Shown piece after piece: positions 18,269 through 27,629 of a DNA stretch of 64,000 nucleotides (position 1 is the first letter of the stretch; each line of letters begins with the position of its first letter). Source of the stretch: Promethearchaeati archaeon (GTDB lineage Archaea; Asgardarchaeota; Heimdallarchaeia; Heimdallarchaeales; Heimdallarchaeaceae). Location of the stretch: the NCBI GenBank assembly GCA_013166775.1, contig JABLTJ010000013.1, positions 4,071 through 68,070 on the forward strand, given 5' to 3'. A program made the position numbers and the translations under genes. The notes under the pieces are model-generated. The model saw nothing but the letters and a program-made list of their open reading frames with translations. It was not told the DNA's origin and made no database searches.

Positions 18269-19570
18269 TTATGATTTTAACTCATAAGCATCTAAATCTC
18301 TCAATCTAAAGGAAAATATAGCAGCGATTGCCAGTATTACAGCATAGAGAATGAAATTAAATACATCATTATCGAAACCAAACATTACAATTGTAATAAG
18401 AGCTATTCCGCCTAACTGTCCTATCCACATTAACCAACCATTAGATGTTTCTTCAGGCAATGGATGAGTTATTTCTGCTGCAAAAGTCAACCCTATTGGT
18501 AAAGCGGAGATTAATAGAAAACCAAAGAAGAATCCTATGATACAATGAGCTATATATTGTGGTATAAAGGAAGTGACATACTTCTCAATTATGAAGAACA
18601 ACAATGTTAATACAGCTCCGGAAATAGCATTGATAATTAGGAAAATCTTTCTTTTCCGATATTTATCTGAAAGCGTAGAAAGCGTAATTGCACCTGCTAT
18701 ACCTCCGACTATCATAGTCCCTCCTAAGATGCCAAAGAGATCATCAGGAACGAAACCGGGTACAGAAGAATTGAATATTGACTTATACAAATCCGCCATA
18801 ACCGTGGATACTGCATTGAATGTACCTGCTCCGAATAGGAATAAAACTAACAAGATATTAAAATCGCGATTTTTAAAGAGATCCAAAGTTCCCTTAGTCT
18901 CGAAAACTTTAGTTTTATCACTATAAGCATTGGCAGGAGTTTCAGGTTTATCTCTAACGAATAACAAATAGATTACCATGAAAGCGAGGGCAATACCACC
19001 ATAGATATAAAGCATAACAGTTGGGTCTTGATACCTAGGATCAAGTGGATCATTTGATACTAGAAATGGTGTAATTAGCATTCCGAGTAATACGCCTAGC
19101 AAAACAAACATCGTTCCTAAACTTGTTGCAAGTGCTTTTTCTTTCTCACCAAACCAATTTGTGGACACTTTTGTAAAGGAATTTAGTAAGAAGGGTTGCC
19201 CTATCGCACATCCAATTTGGAAAATTAACACCCAATGATACTGGTGAGAAACAGCTCTTAAAATCCCGAAAATTCCTGTGAGTATAACTCCTATCCCAGT
19301 ACCCCATTTCAAACCAAATTTATCGATTGCTAATGCAGCGGGAATATTCATTGGAATATATACAATCATAAACACTAATGAAAGCATGAAAATTGCATTA
19401 GTACTTTGACCATAGAAAGAAGTTGCTGACGGAGTAATTGCTGCGAATGTTATCCAAATTATCTGATTGATTAGTGTCACTAAACCAAATAGAAGCAACA
19501 CAATCCAACGATAACTGTATACTTTGTAATCACTAATTTCTGTAGAATTCATACGGTTAGGTAAAATCAC
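18269..19570 (-). CDS. Major facilitator superfamily transporter
   Basis: 433 aa. Two six-helix halves are separated by a charged central loop (RDKPETPANAYSDKTKVFETKG). Confidence 0.8.
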   Translation of the reverse strand: MILPNRMNSTEISDYKVYSYRWIVLLLFGLVTLINQIIWITFAAITPSATSFYGQSTNAIFMLSLVFMIVYIPMNIPAALAIDKFGLKWGTGIGVILTGIFGILRAVSHQYHWVLIFQIGCAIGQPFLLNSFTKVSTNWFGEKEKALATSLGTMFVLLGVLLGMLITPFLVSNDPLDPRYQDPTVMLYIYGGIALAFMVIYLLFVRDKPETPANAYSDKTKVFETKGTLDLFKNRDFNILLVLFLFGAGTFNAVSTVMADLYKSIFNSSVPGFVPDDLFGILGGTMIVGGIAGAITLSTLSDKYRKRKIFLIINAISGAVLTLLFFIIEKYVTSFIPQYIAHCIIGFFFGFLLISALPIGLTFAAEITHPLPEETSNGWLMWIGQLGGIALITIVMFGFDNDVFNFILYAVILAIAAIFSFRLRDLDAYELKS

Positions 19571-19712
19571 TAATTTATAAAATTTAATCTTTTGGAGGAT
19601 TGGGGAATTTCATTTTGTCAGTAAATTTCCACCTTTAAATATTAAAAATAAACCATGAAATAACAAACTCTTCAGACTCTTCGAAGTACTAATTCTAATG
19701 AAATTGTTTCTT

Positions 19713-20564
19713 TTAACCTGTGTATCTAATGAATGTTCCTTCTCTATATTCAGTAAAAGCTGTTCTGATTTCTTCTTGAGTGTTCATCACTATTGGCCCA
19801 TGCCAAGCAACAGGTTCTCCTATTGGTTTCCCAGAGATTAGTAAGAATCTGAGTAAACTATCTTCTGTTGAGATTTTAATAACATCTCCATCCTCGAAGA
19901 GAATAAGATTATCTTTATTTAGAAGAGGATTATGTTCTAAATTGAAATAACCTTCACCTTGGATAACATATGCAAAAACATTATGTCCTTTCTTTACTCG
20001 ATGAACAAATTCAGAATCTTGCGTGATTGTTATATCAAGATATTCAGGTTCTGTGATGATATCTTGAACAGGGCCTTTAGTTCCCTTAACTTCTCCACAA
20101 ATTATTTTGATTTTAGCACCACCAACTTCGATTTCAGGAATATCTTCTTTCTTGATATCACGATAACGAGGATTCATCATTTTGTGTGAGCTAGGCAGAT
20201 TAGCCCATAATTGGAAACCACCCATCAATCCCTCTGCTCTTTCAGGCATTTCTTGATGAATAATCCCATTTCCTGCAGTCATCCATTGTACATCACCAGA
20301 TTCAATTACACCTGCGTTCCCAAGACTATCTTCATGTTTAATTTTACCATGAAGCATGTAGGTTATTGTTTCTATTCCTCGATGAGGATGCCAAGGAAAA
20401 CCAGCTATGTAATCTTCAGGATTATCTGAATGAAAGTCATCTAATAATAAGAAAGGATCTAATTTTGGATGATCCTGCCCAAAAGCTCTCTTAAGTTTAA
20501 CTCCAGCACCTTCCATTGTCTCCTTGCTCTTTAAAACACTATGGATTTTTCTCTCTTCAAGCAA
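19713..20564 (-). CDS. Pirin family protein (bicupin)
   Basis: 283 aa with FPWHPHRGIETITYMLHGKIKHEDSLGN and GDVQWMTAGNGIIHQE. Confidence 0.9.
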   Translation of the reverse strand: MLEERKIHSVLKSKETMEGAGVKLKRAFGQDHPKLDPFLLLDDFHSDNPEDYIAGFPWHPHRGIETITYMLHGKIKHEDSLGNAGVIESGDVQWMTAGNGIIHQEMPERAEGLMGGFQLWANLPSSHKMMNPRYRDIKKEDIPEIEVGGAKIKIICGEVKGTKGPVQDIITEPEYLDITITQDSEFVHRVKKGHNVFAYVIQGEGYFNLEHNPLLNKDNLILFEDGDVIKISTEDSLLRFLLISGKPIGEPVAWHGPIVMNTQEEIRTAFTEYREGTFIRYTG

Positions 20565-20728
20565 ATAAGCACCAAAGGTAAGTTTACTAAAGATAATATA
20601 TAAACTTTATATCTGTAAGGAATTTACAAAATATTCTCAATTATGTTTACCAAATTTGATTATTTGAGAAATCCTCTTCCTTATATAAGCAAAAATCACT
20701 TTGTACATAATAGTTAGGAGATAGAAAA

Positions 20729-21175
20729 ATGGATAAAATAATCTACCATTCAATTGTTCTTGAGTGCGTAACTCATACAGCATTTGAATATTTTACTGAT
20801 AATAAATTACTCGAAGAATGGTTAACAAAAGAAGCAGATGTAGAACCAGAAGTAGGAGGAAAATATGAATTATTTTGGGTTCCTGAGGACAAAGAAAATG
20901 ATAGTACAATAGGATGTAAAATTCTTGCTCTCCAACATGATAAATTCCTTTCCTTCGAATGGAAAGGACCTAAAATGTACAAACACTTCATGAATAATGT
21001 AAGACCTTTGACTAATGTAGTTGTGACTTTTATTCCAATAGATGGAGGTACTGAGATTCATTTACTGCATACAGGATGGAGAGATTCACCAGAATGGGAA
21101 GAAGCTAGATTATGGTTTGAAAATCAATGGGAATTATCGTTTGCTAGCCTTCAACAATGCTTAATCAAGGAGTAA
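20729..21175 (+). CDS. SRPBCC/AHSA1-like (START-fold) protein
   Basis: 148 aa. GGKYELFW, SFEWKG and a Trp-rich C-terminal helix (WRDSPEWEEARLWFENQW) are present. An AGGAG lies upstream of the ATG. Confidence 0.6.
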   Translation: MDKIIYHSIVLECVTHTAFEYFTDNKLLEEWLTKEADVEPEVGGKYELFWVPEDKENDSTIGCKILALQHDKFLSFEWKGPKMYKHFMNNVRPLTNVVVTFIPIDGGTEIHLLHTGWRDSPEWEEARLWFENQWELSFASLQQCLIKE

Positions 21176-21245
21176 GAATATCTCTTCTTGTTAATGATTT
21201 CATTTCCAAAAATACTTAAGTATTGAAAAAAAACACTTTAATCCT

Positions 21246-21473
21246 ATGATGGGTTTTTCAGAAATTAAAACCAAGAAATACTCTCTGTGGATGAAATATT
21301 TCATAATAGGTGCAAGTTGTGCAGCGTTGATATTCATAATAGTTGTTTCTATACTTTATTTCACTCTTAACCTATCAATTAGAAATTTGTTTATTTCGCT
21401 TTGTCTAGGGAATATCATATTAGGGATTATTCCTGGGCTTATTTCAAAAAAAGAAGAACTTTTTAGTTTTTAG
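21246..21473 (+). CDS. Small two-helix membrane protein (uncertain gene)
   Basis: 75-aa ORF with two hydrophobic helices. Nothing beyond ORF length and hydrophobicity supports it. Confidence 0.3.
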   Translation: MMGFSEIKTKKYSLWMKYFIIGASCAALIFIIVVSILYFTLNLSIRNLFISLCLGNIILGIIPGLISKKEELFSF

Positions 21474-21714
21474 GTTTTGCTTATTTAGGATCTTTGATTT
21501 GTAGCATTGTAGGTCTCTTACTAATAGGTTGGAGATTCAATTTGTATAGATTTTCATTCATAATTTAGTATTTATTTTTAGCAATATCGGAACTAATAAT
21601 CATAGCATTAATTACTCATCTTCTTCATTTTAGACACGAATCAAAAAAATGAAAAATCTACTTCTTTATATAGTGATAACTTTGCACTAAGATAGACTTA
21701 AAAGATAGGTTTAG

Positions 21715-24700
21715 GTGTGGATATTGTATAAGAACTCAATTGAGGTTATAGGCGCTCAAGAGAACAATTTACGTAATATCTCAGTTGAGATTCCACATGA
21801 TAAGTTAATTGTTATTTCGGGCATCTCTGGAAGTGGAAAGAGTTCACTTGCTTTTGATACAATTTATCTCGAAGCACAGAGAAGATATATGGAAACTTTA
21901 TCAGCTTATGCAAGGCAATTTATAGGTAATTTTGACAGACCGCAAGTTGAGCATATTGATGGTTTACGACCAACAATTTCTATTGATCAGAAAACTATAT
22001 CGAGGAATCCAAGAAGTACAGTTGGTACCCTCACTGAGATTTATGATTACATGAGAGTACTTTTTGCAAGAGTAGGAATACCTCATTGTCCAGATTGTAA
22101 AATTAGGATTGAAGCACAACCTTCAGATCAAGTAATTGAACAGATATTTGCATCTTTTGAAGGACAAAGGATCAAAATAGTTGCTCCAATTTTCGAGAAG
22201 AGGAAAGGTGAGTATAGAAAGGAATTAGCTCAATGGAAAGAAGATGGTTATGTCAGATTAATAGTTGATGGTAAAGAAGTGAACTTAGATGATGAAGAAG
22301 TTCAATTAGAGAGATATGTTGCTCATGATTTAGAAATTATTGTTGACAGGAATCGATGTGAAAGAAAGAATGAGCCTTTGATTCTTGATAGTGTCAACCT
22401 AGCACTCGAGCTCTCAAAAGGTAGGATTAAGATAATTGGAGAGAAAGAAGAAAGAGTATACTCAACAAAACTAGTCTGTCCAGAGTGCGGATTAGCTGTA
22501 AATGAATTCAATCCTAGAGACTTCTCGCACAATACAGCTGTTGGTGCTTGTAAGAGATGTAAAGGACTAGGACAAATTGCTGAGATATCTCCTCAAAAGT
22601 TCATAGTTAATCATGATCTTTCAATCGCTGATGGTGCCATTGCGACAATGACGAAGAACAAAAAACACATCACATATGCTTCTATAGGTTTGAAAAATAT
22701 CAATGTAATTGTCCAAGAACACGGATATGATATTAACACACCAATAAAGGATTTAACTGAAGATCAACTCGATAAACTACTTTATGGAACAGGTAGACAA
22801 GAATATCACTTGACATGGAACTGGGATAGTCAAGCAGCTAAATGGAGTGGGAAGGGTGAGTGGACCACTAGATGGAGAGGATTAATCCCAGCAACAATGG
22901 AAGCTTACTACAGACTTACGTCAGAACATAGGAAGCAAATATTAGAAGAGCTCATGGAACAAACAAAATGCCCTGATTGTAAGGGAATGAGACTCAAGCC
23001 CGAGAGTTTAGCTGTTTTGTTCAATGGGAAAAATATCTCTGAACTCAATAGATTAGAAATTGATGAGTGTTTAAAATTCTTCGAGGGAGTTAAGCTTACT
23101 AAAGAAGAGGAGATAATAGGGAAACCTCTACTAAAAGAAATTAAAAATAGATTATCATTCTTGTTGAAAGTAGGATTACATTATCTAACAATGAACAGAG
23201 CTGCGAGTGAGTTGAGCGGAGGAGAAGCTCAAAGAACAAGATTAGCAACTCAAATAGGTTCAAAGCTACAAGGAGTAAATTATGTCTTAGATGAGCCTTC
23301 AATAGGATTAGCTAATAGAGACAACCAAAAGCTGTTGAGTTCTCTGAAAACTCTCAGAGATGGAGGGAATACAGTCATAGTTGTTGAACATGATGAAGAT
23401 ACTCTTCGTTCAGCTGATCTGCTGTTAGATTTAGGTCCAGGAGCAGGAGATGATGGTGGAGAAGTACTATTCCTCATGGATCCAAAGGAATTATCTGAAA
23501 AAAATTCAAAGAATTCTATCACTGCAAAATATCTATTGGGATTAGATGAGATTGAGATACCTAAGAAAAGGAGAACAAGTAAAAAATTCCTTACTCTCAA
23601 AGGTGCATCTCATAATAACTTAAAGCAGATAGATGTAAGCATCCCTTTAGGAACATTCACATGTGTTACTGGAGTTTCAGGAAGTGGTAAGTCTTCTTTA
23701 GTTGCAGATACACTTTATCCAATTCTAGTAAATAAACTTCATAATGGAAAACAAAAACCAGGTCGATACAAGAGTATAGAAGGCTCAGAGAACATTGACA
23801 AAGTTGTCGTAATTGATCAATCACCTATAGGTAGAACGTCAAGATCTAATCCTGCAACCTATACAAAAGTAATGGATCATATTAGAGATTTGTTTGCAAC
23901 TATTCCAACAGCTAAGATTAGAGGGTATTCCAAAACTAGATTCAGTTTTAATACAAAATTAGGTAGATGTGAAGCGTGTAAAGGGCATGGTTATAATAAG
24001 ATAGAAATGACCCTTCTTCCCGACGTTGAAGTTGAATGTGAAATTTGCAAAAGCAAAAGATATGATGATGAGACTCTGAAAATCAAATATCAAGGTCATT
24101 CTATAGCTGACATACTTAACATGACTGTAAGTAGAGCAATGGGAGTGTTTGAAAATATACCTAAAATTCAGCGTATTTTGAAGACTTTAATTGATGTCGG
24201 ATTGGATTATATACAGCTCGGGCAATCAAGTACAACTATATCTGGTGGAGAAGCCCAGAGGATAAAACTTAGCAGAGAACTATCAAAGATATCTACAGGT
24301 AATACCCTGTATATCCTCGATGAATCGACAACGGGATTAAGTTTTGAAGATATTAAAAAGCTGTTAAATGTTCTTCAAAGATTGGTTGATAAGGGAAATA
24401 CAGTATTAATTATAGAGCATAATTTAGATGTCATCAAAGTAGCTGATTTTGTCATAGATTTAGGTCCTGATGGCGGAGAAGAAAATGGTGGGTATCTAGT
24501 AGATTTAGGTACTCCAGAAGAAATTCTTGAAAATGAGCTTTCATATACTGGACAAGCGTTGAAGAAAGTACTAACTGATGATTACATAGAGGAAGAAGTA
24601 GAACCTATAAAAATAGAAAAAGAGGATTTAGATCCATCAAAATATCTGTATGTGAGAGGAGCAACAAAGAATAATCTCAAAAGTATAAATTTAGACATTC

Positions 24701-27474
24701 CAAAAGAAAAACTTGTTGTAATCACAGGACCTAGCGGTTCAGGTAAAAGCTCTTTAGCTATAGATACTCTTTTTGCAGAAGGGCAAAGAAGGTTTGTAGA
24801 ATCATTAAGTAGTTATGCACGGCAGTTTCTTACAAAAGCTGAAAGAGCTGATGTTGATGATATAATTGGTTTGACACCCTCAATAGCTATAGATCAGCAT
24901 TCTATTTCTAAGAATCCAAGATCAATTGTTGCAACTACTACAGAAATTTATGATTATCTCCGACTTCTTTATGCAAAAGTGGGTATACCTCATTGTCCAG
25001 TATGCAATATTGTTTTAAAAAATAGAACGTCGGATGAAATAGCTAAATTAGTACTAAAGGAATATGAATCTGAAAACATAATTATCGCATCTTCTTTATC
25101 AAATGGCGAAGAAGTGAATATTAAAGAAACAATCAAGGAAATTCAAAAACAAGGATATAATAGAATTGTAATAGATGGGAAAGACTATCTAGTAGATGAA
25201 CAGATAAAAGTAAAAAAATCTTCCTCATTATCTGTAGTAATTGATAGAATAGAAGTGAATAAAGAAAACATATCTAGGACAGCTGAATCAATAGAAGCTG
25301 CAGTAAGTGTTGGCAAAGGGAGAGTTGAGATCTATTATAATGGAGAGAGAAGTATTTATTCAATAAATGCTGAATGTATAGATCATGAATATGAAGCTCC
25401 ATCTGAAATCCATCCAAGACTTTTCAGCTTTAATCACTATTCAGGAGCATGCTCAAATTGCACAGGGTTGGGAACAATAAGAAAATTTGATATAAGAAAG
25501 ATAGTCAAGAATTGGGATAAATCGATAAGTCAAGGCGCTATAGGTCCATATTCTTCTCAAAGAATGTCTAATCCTAACTCTTGGAGAAGAGCAATGCTTG
25601 ATTCTGTAGCTAAACATTTCGATTTCACAATGGATACACCAATGAAAGATTTAACTCCTCAACAACTGGATGGTTTATTTTACGGCTCAAAAGGTAAAGA
25701 TGTATCAATTAGAATCATTCGAGAAAGAGAAAAATCTTCTTCAGAATATACTAGAAGTGGACCATGGGAAGGACTCATTCAAAGATGGGTTACTTGGATG
25801 ACCACTGAAACTGAATCACGATACATTAGTCAAAGAAAAGAACAGATGCATCAATATTATAGCGAGTATAAATGCACAGATTGTAATGGACGAAAATTAA
25901 AAACAGAAGTTCTTGCGATAACAGTAGGAGATAAATCGATAAACGATCTTTCTACCTATGCAGTTGATGATTTTCTTGACTTCCTTAATACTTTGAAGCT
26001 TAATAAAAGAAGAGCAAAGATAGCGGATAGGATTATAGTTGAGTTAAAGAAAAGAGCTGAATATCTAACTGATGTGGGTTTGAGTTATCTTACTCTAGAT
26101 AGACGTTCAAGCACTTTATCTAATGGAGAAGCCCAAAGAATAAGACTCGCTTCACAGATTGGGAGTGGACTTATAGGTGTCACTTATGTCCTAGATGAAC
26201 CAACAATAGGTCTACACCCAAGAGATATAGATAAGCTGCTTACAACATTGAAGAGACTAAGAGATAATGGAAATCATGTTATCGTTGTTGAGCATGATGA
26301 CATCATAATTAAAGAATCAGATCACATGATTGAACTTGGCCCACTAGGTGGAGATCAAGGGGGGGATGTAGTTGCTGAAGGGAATACTACTAAACTTCTA
26401 CAGCGAGAAGATTCTTTGACTGCAAGCTATCTTTCTGGTTCAAAGAAAATTAAAACACCTAAGAATCGAAGGAAAGCGGAATCTTCTATTGAATTAAAAG
26501 GAGCATCTCAAAACAATTTGAAACAAATAGATGTTGAATTCGGAAAAGGAATATTTACTGCAGTAACTGGTGTCAGTGGGGCAGGTAAATCGTCTCTTGT
26601 AATTGACACACTTCAGAAAGGACTTGAAAAGAATATTCAAGGCAAAAGAACAGAAGTTGGTAAATATAAGTCACTTACAAATTTTGAAGGTATAAACAAA
26701 GTAATAGTCGTTGATCAATCCTCTTTGAGTAAATCAAGAAGGTCAAATCCATCTACGTATTTAGGAGTACAAGATAATATAAGAGATTTCTTTGCTCTTT
26801 TACCAGAATCAAAAGCTAGAGGTTTCACACCAGGTCATTTCAGTTTCAACACATACAAAGGTCAATGTAATGAGTGTCGAGGATTAGGACATAAAAGAAT
26901 AGAGTTGCTCTTTCTTTCAGATGTTTGGGTTTTATGCCCGAGTTGTAAAGGGAAGAAATACAAAAAACCTATTCTAACAGCAAGATATAGAAAAAAATCT
27001 ATTGCTGATATTTTAGAGATGACTATAGAGGAAGCATGTGAACTATTTTCGAACATAGAAAATATACGTAGACCTCTTCAATTAGCAGTAGATGTAGGGC
27101 TAGGATATCTACGAATGGGACAACCTACAACTACAATAAGTGGAGGGGAAGCAGAAAGGTTGAAAATAGCTAGAGAATTGTCAAAGAAAACACATGATAA
27201 AAGTATCTATTTATTGGATGAACCTTCACAAGGATTACACTTCTACGATATTGAAAAACTTGTTAATATTCTGCATCGTTTAGCAGATGAAGGAAACTCA
27301 ATTGTTGTTATTGATCATAATATGGACATAATAAAGAACGCAGATAGGATTATAGATTTAGGTCCTGAAGGTGGGACTAGAAATGGTGGATATTTAGTAG
27401 CTAAAGGAACACCTGAGGAGATTATCAATCAACAGGAAGGGTATACATGGGAGTATCTTAAGCAAGCTTCCTAG
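21715..27474 (+). CDS. uvrA: Tandem UvrA-UvrA fusion (two complete excinuclease ABC subunit A units in one polypeptide)
   Basis: 1919 aa from a GTG start. Unit 1 (~21715..24573) and unit 2 (~24643..27474) each carry two Walker A sites (GISGSGKSS/GVSGSGKSS and GPSGSGKSS/GVSGAGKSS). Each also has two ABC signatures, the UvrB-binding-type and insertion-type segments, and a C-terminal Cx2C...Cx2C zinc module. Confidence 0.9.
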   Translation: MWILYKNSIEVIGAQENNLRNISVEIPHDKLIVISGISGSGKSSLAFDTIYLEAQRRYMETLSAYARQFIGNFDRPQVEHIDGLRPTISIDQKTISRNPRSTVGTLTEIYDYMRVLFARVGIPHCPDCKIRIEAQPSDQVIEQIFASFEGQRIKIVAPIFEKRKGEYRKELAQWKEDGYVRLIVDGKEVNLDDEEVQLERYVAHDLEIIVDRNRCERKNEPLILDSVNLALELSKGRIKIIGEKEERVYSTKLVCPECGLAVNEFNPRDFSHNTAVGACKRCKGLGQIAEISPQKFIVNHDLSIADGAIATMTKNKKHITYASIGLKNINVIVQEHGYDINTPIKDLTEDQLDKLLYGTGRQEYHLTWNWDSQAAKWSGKGEWTTRWRGLIPATMEAYYRLTSEHRKQILEELMEQTKCPDCKGMRLKPESLAVLFNGKNISELNRLEIDECLKFFEGVKLTKEEEIIGKPLLKEIKNRLSFLLKVGLHYLTMNRAASELSGGEAQRTRLATQIGSKLQGVNYVLDEPSIGLANRDNQKLLSSLKTLRDGGNTVIVVEHDEDTLRSADLLLDLGPGAGDDGGEVLFLMDPKELSEKNSKNSITAKYLLGLDEIEIPKKRRTSKKFLTLKGASHNNLKQIDVSIPLGTFTCVTGVSGSGKSSLVADTLYPILVNKLHNGKQKPGRYKSIEGSENIDKVVVIDQSPIGRTSRSNPATYTKVMDHIRDLFATIPTAKIRGYSKTRFSFNTKLGRCEACKGHGYNKIEMTLLPDVEVECEICKSKRYDDETLKIKYQGHSIADILNMTVSRAMGVFENIPKIQRILKTLIDVGLDYIQLGQSSTTISGGEAQRIKLSRELSKISTGNTLYILDESTTGLSFEDIKKLLNVLQRLVDKGNTVLIIEHNLDVIKVADFVIDLGPDGGEENGGYLVDLGTPEEILENELSYTGQALKKVLTDDYIEEEVEPIKIEKEDLDPSKYLYVRGATKNNLKSINLDIPKEKLVVITGPSGSGKSSLAIDTLFAEGQRRFVESLSSYARQFLTKAERADVDDIIGLTPSIAIDQHSISKNPRSIVATTTEIYDYLRLLYAKVGIPHCPVCNIVLKNRTSDEIAKLVLKEYESENIIIASSLSNGEEVNIKETIKEIQKQGYNRIVIDGKDYLVDEQIKVKKSSSLSVVIDRIEVNKENISRTAESIEAAVSVGKGRVEIYYNGERSIYSINAECIDHEYEAPSEIHPRLFSFNHYSGACSNCTGLGTIRKFDIRKIVKNWDKSISQGAIGPYSSQRMSNPNSWRRAMLDSVAKHFDFTMDTPMKDLTPQQLDGLFYGSKGKDVSIRIIREREKSSSEYTRSGPWEGLIQRWVTWMTTETESRYISQRKEQMHQYYSEYKCTDCNGRKLKTEVLAITVGDKSINDLSTYAVDDFLDFLNTLKLNKRRAKIADRIIVELKKRAEYLTDVGLSYLTLDRRSSTLSNGEAQRIRLASQIGSGLIGVTYVLDEPTIGLHPRDIDKLLTTLKRLRDNGNHVIVVEHDDIIIKESDHMIELGPLGGDQGGDVVAEGNTTKLLQREDSLTASYLSGSKKIKTPKNRRKAESSIELKGASQNNLKQIDVEFGKGIFTAVTGVSGAGKSSLVIDTLQKGLEKNIQGKRTEVGKYKSLTNFEGINKVIVVDQSSLSKSRRSNPSTYLGVQDNIRDFFALLPESKARGFTPGHFSFNTYKGQCNECRGLGHKRIELLFLSDVWVLCPSCKGKKYKKPILTARYRKKSIADILEMTIEEACELFSNIENIRRPLQLAVDVGLGYLRMGQPTTTISGGEAERLKIARELSKKTHDKSIYLLDEPSQGLHFYDIEKLVNILHRLADEGNSIVVIDHNMDIIKNADRIIDLGPEGGTRNGGYLVAKGTPEEIINQQEGYTWEYLKQAS
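24574..24642 (+). other. Acidic inter-unit linker of the UvrA-UvrA fusion
   Basis: TDDYIEEEVEPIKIEKEDLDPSK lies between the end of unit 1 (..GQALKKVL) and the start of unit 2 (YLYVRGATKNNLK). Confidence 0.7.
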
Positions 27475-27629
27475 AAGTATTCAAACTATTTTTTATAGAA
27501 ACTACAATCTTACGAATTGTCTGCTCTTACATTTAGGTCTATTCTAATAATTAAAATTAGGCGAAATTCTTAATAAGTGTCTTAAACTAATATAAAGTAA
27601 TTTCAGTAATTGGAAAGTCTCTGATAGGT

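Noticed and set aside
21467-21650. Hydrophobic reading frames after the 75-aa ORF (FLGFAYLGSLICSIVGLLLIGW.. and YLFLAISELIIIALITHLL..) that might indicate a frameshifted, decayed membrane gene
   Set aside because: The segments are short, lack start codons and are interrupted by stops. T-rich DNA readily yields F/L/I-rich pseudo-helices, so there is no independent support.
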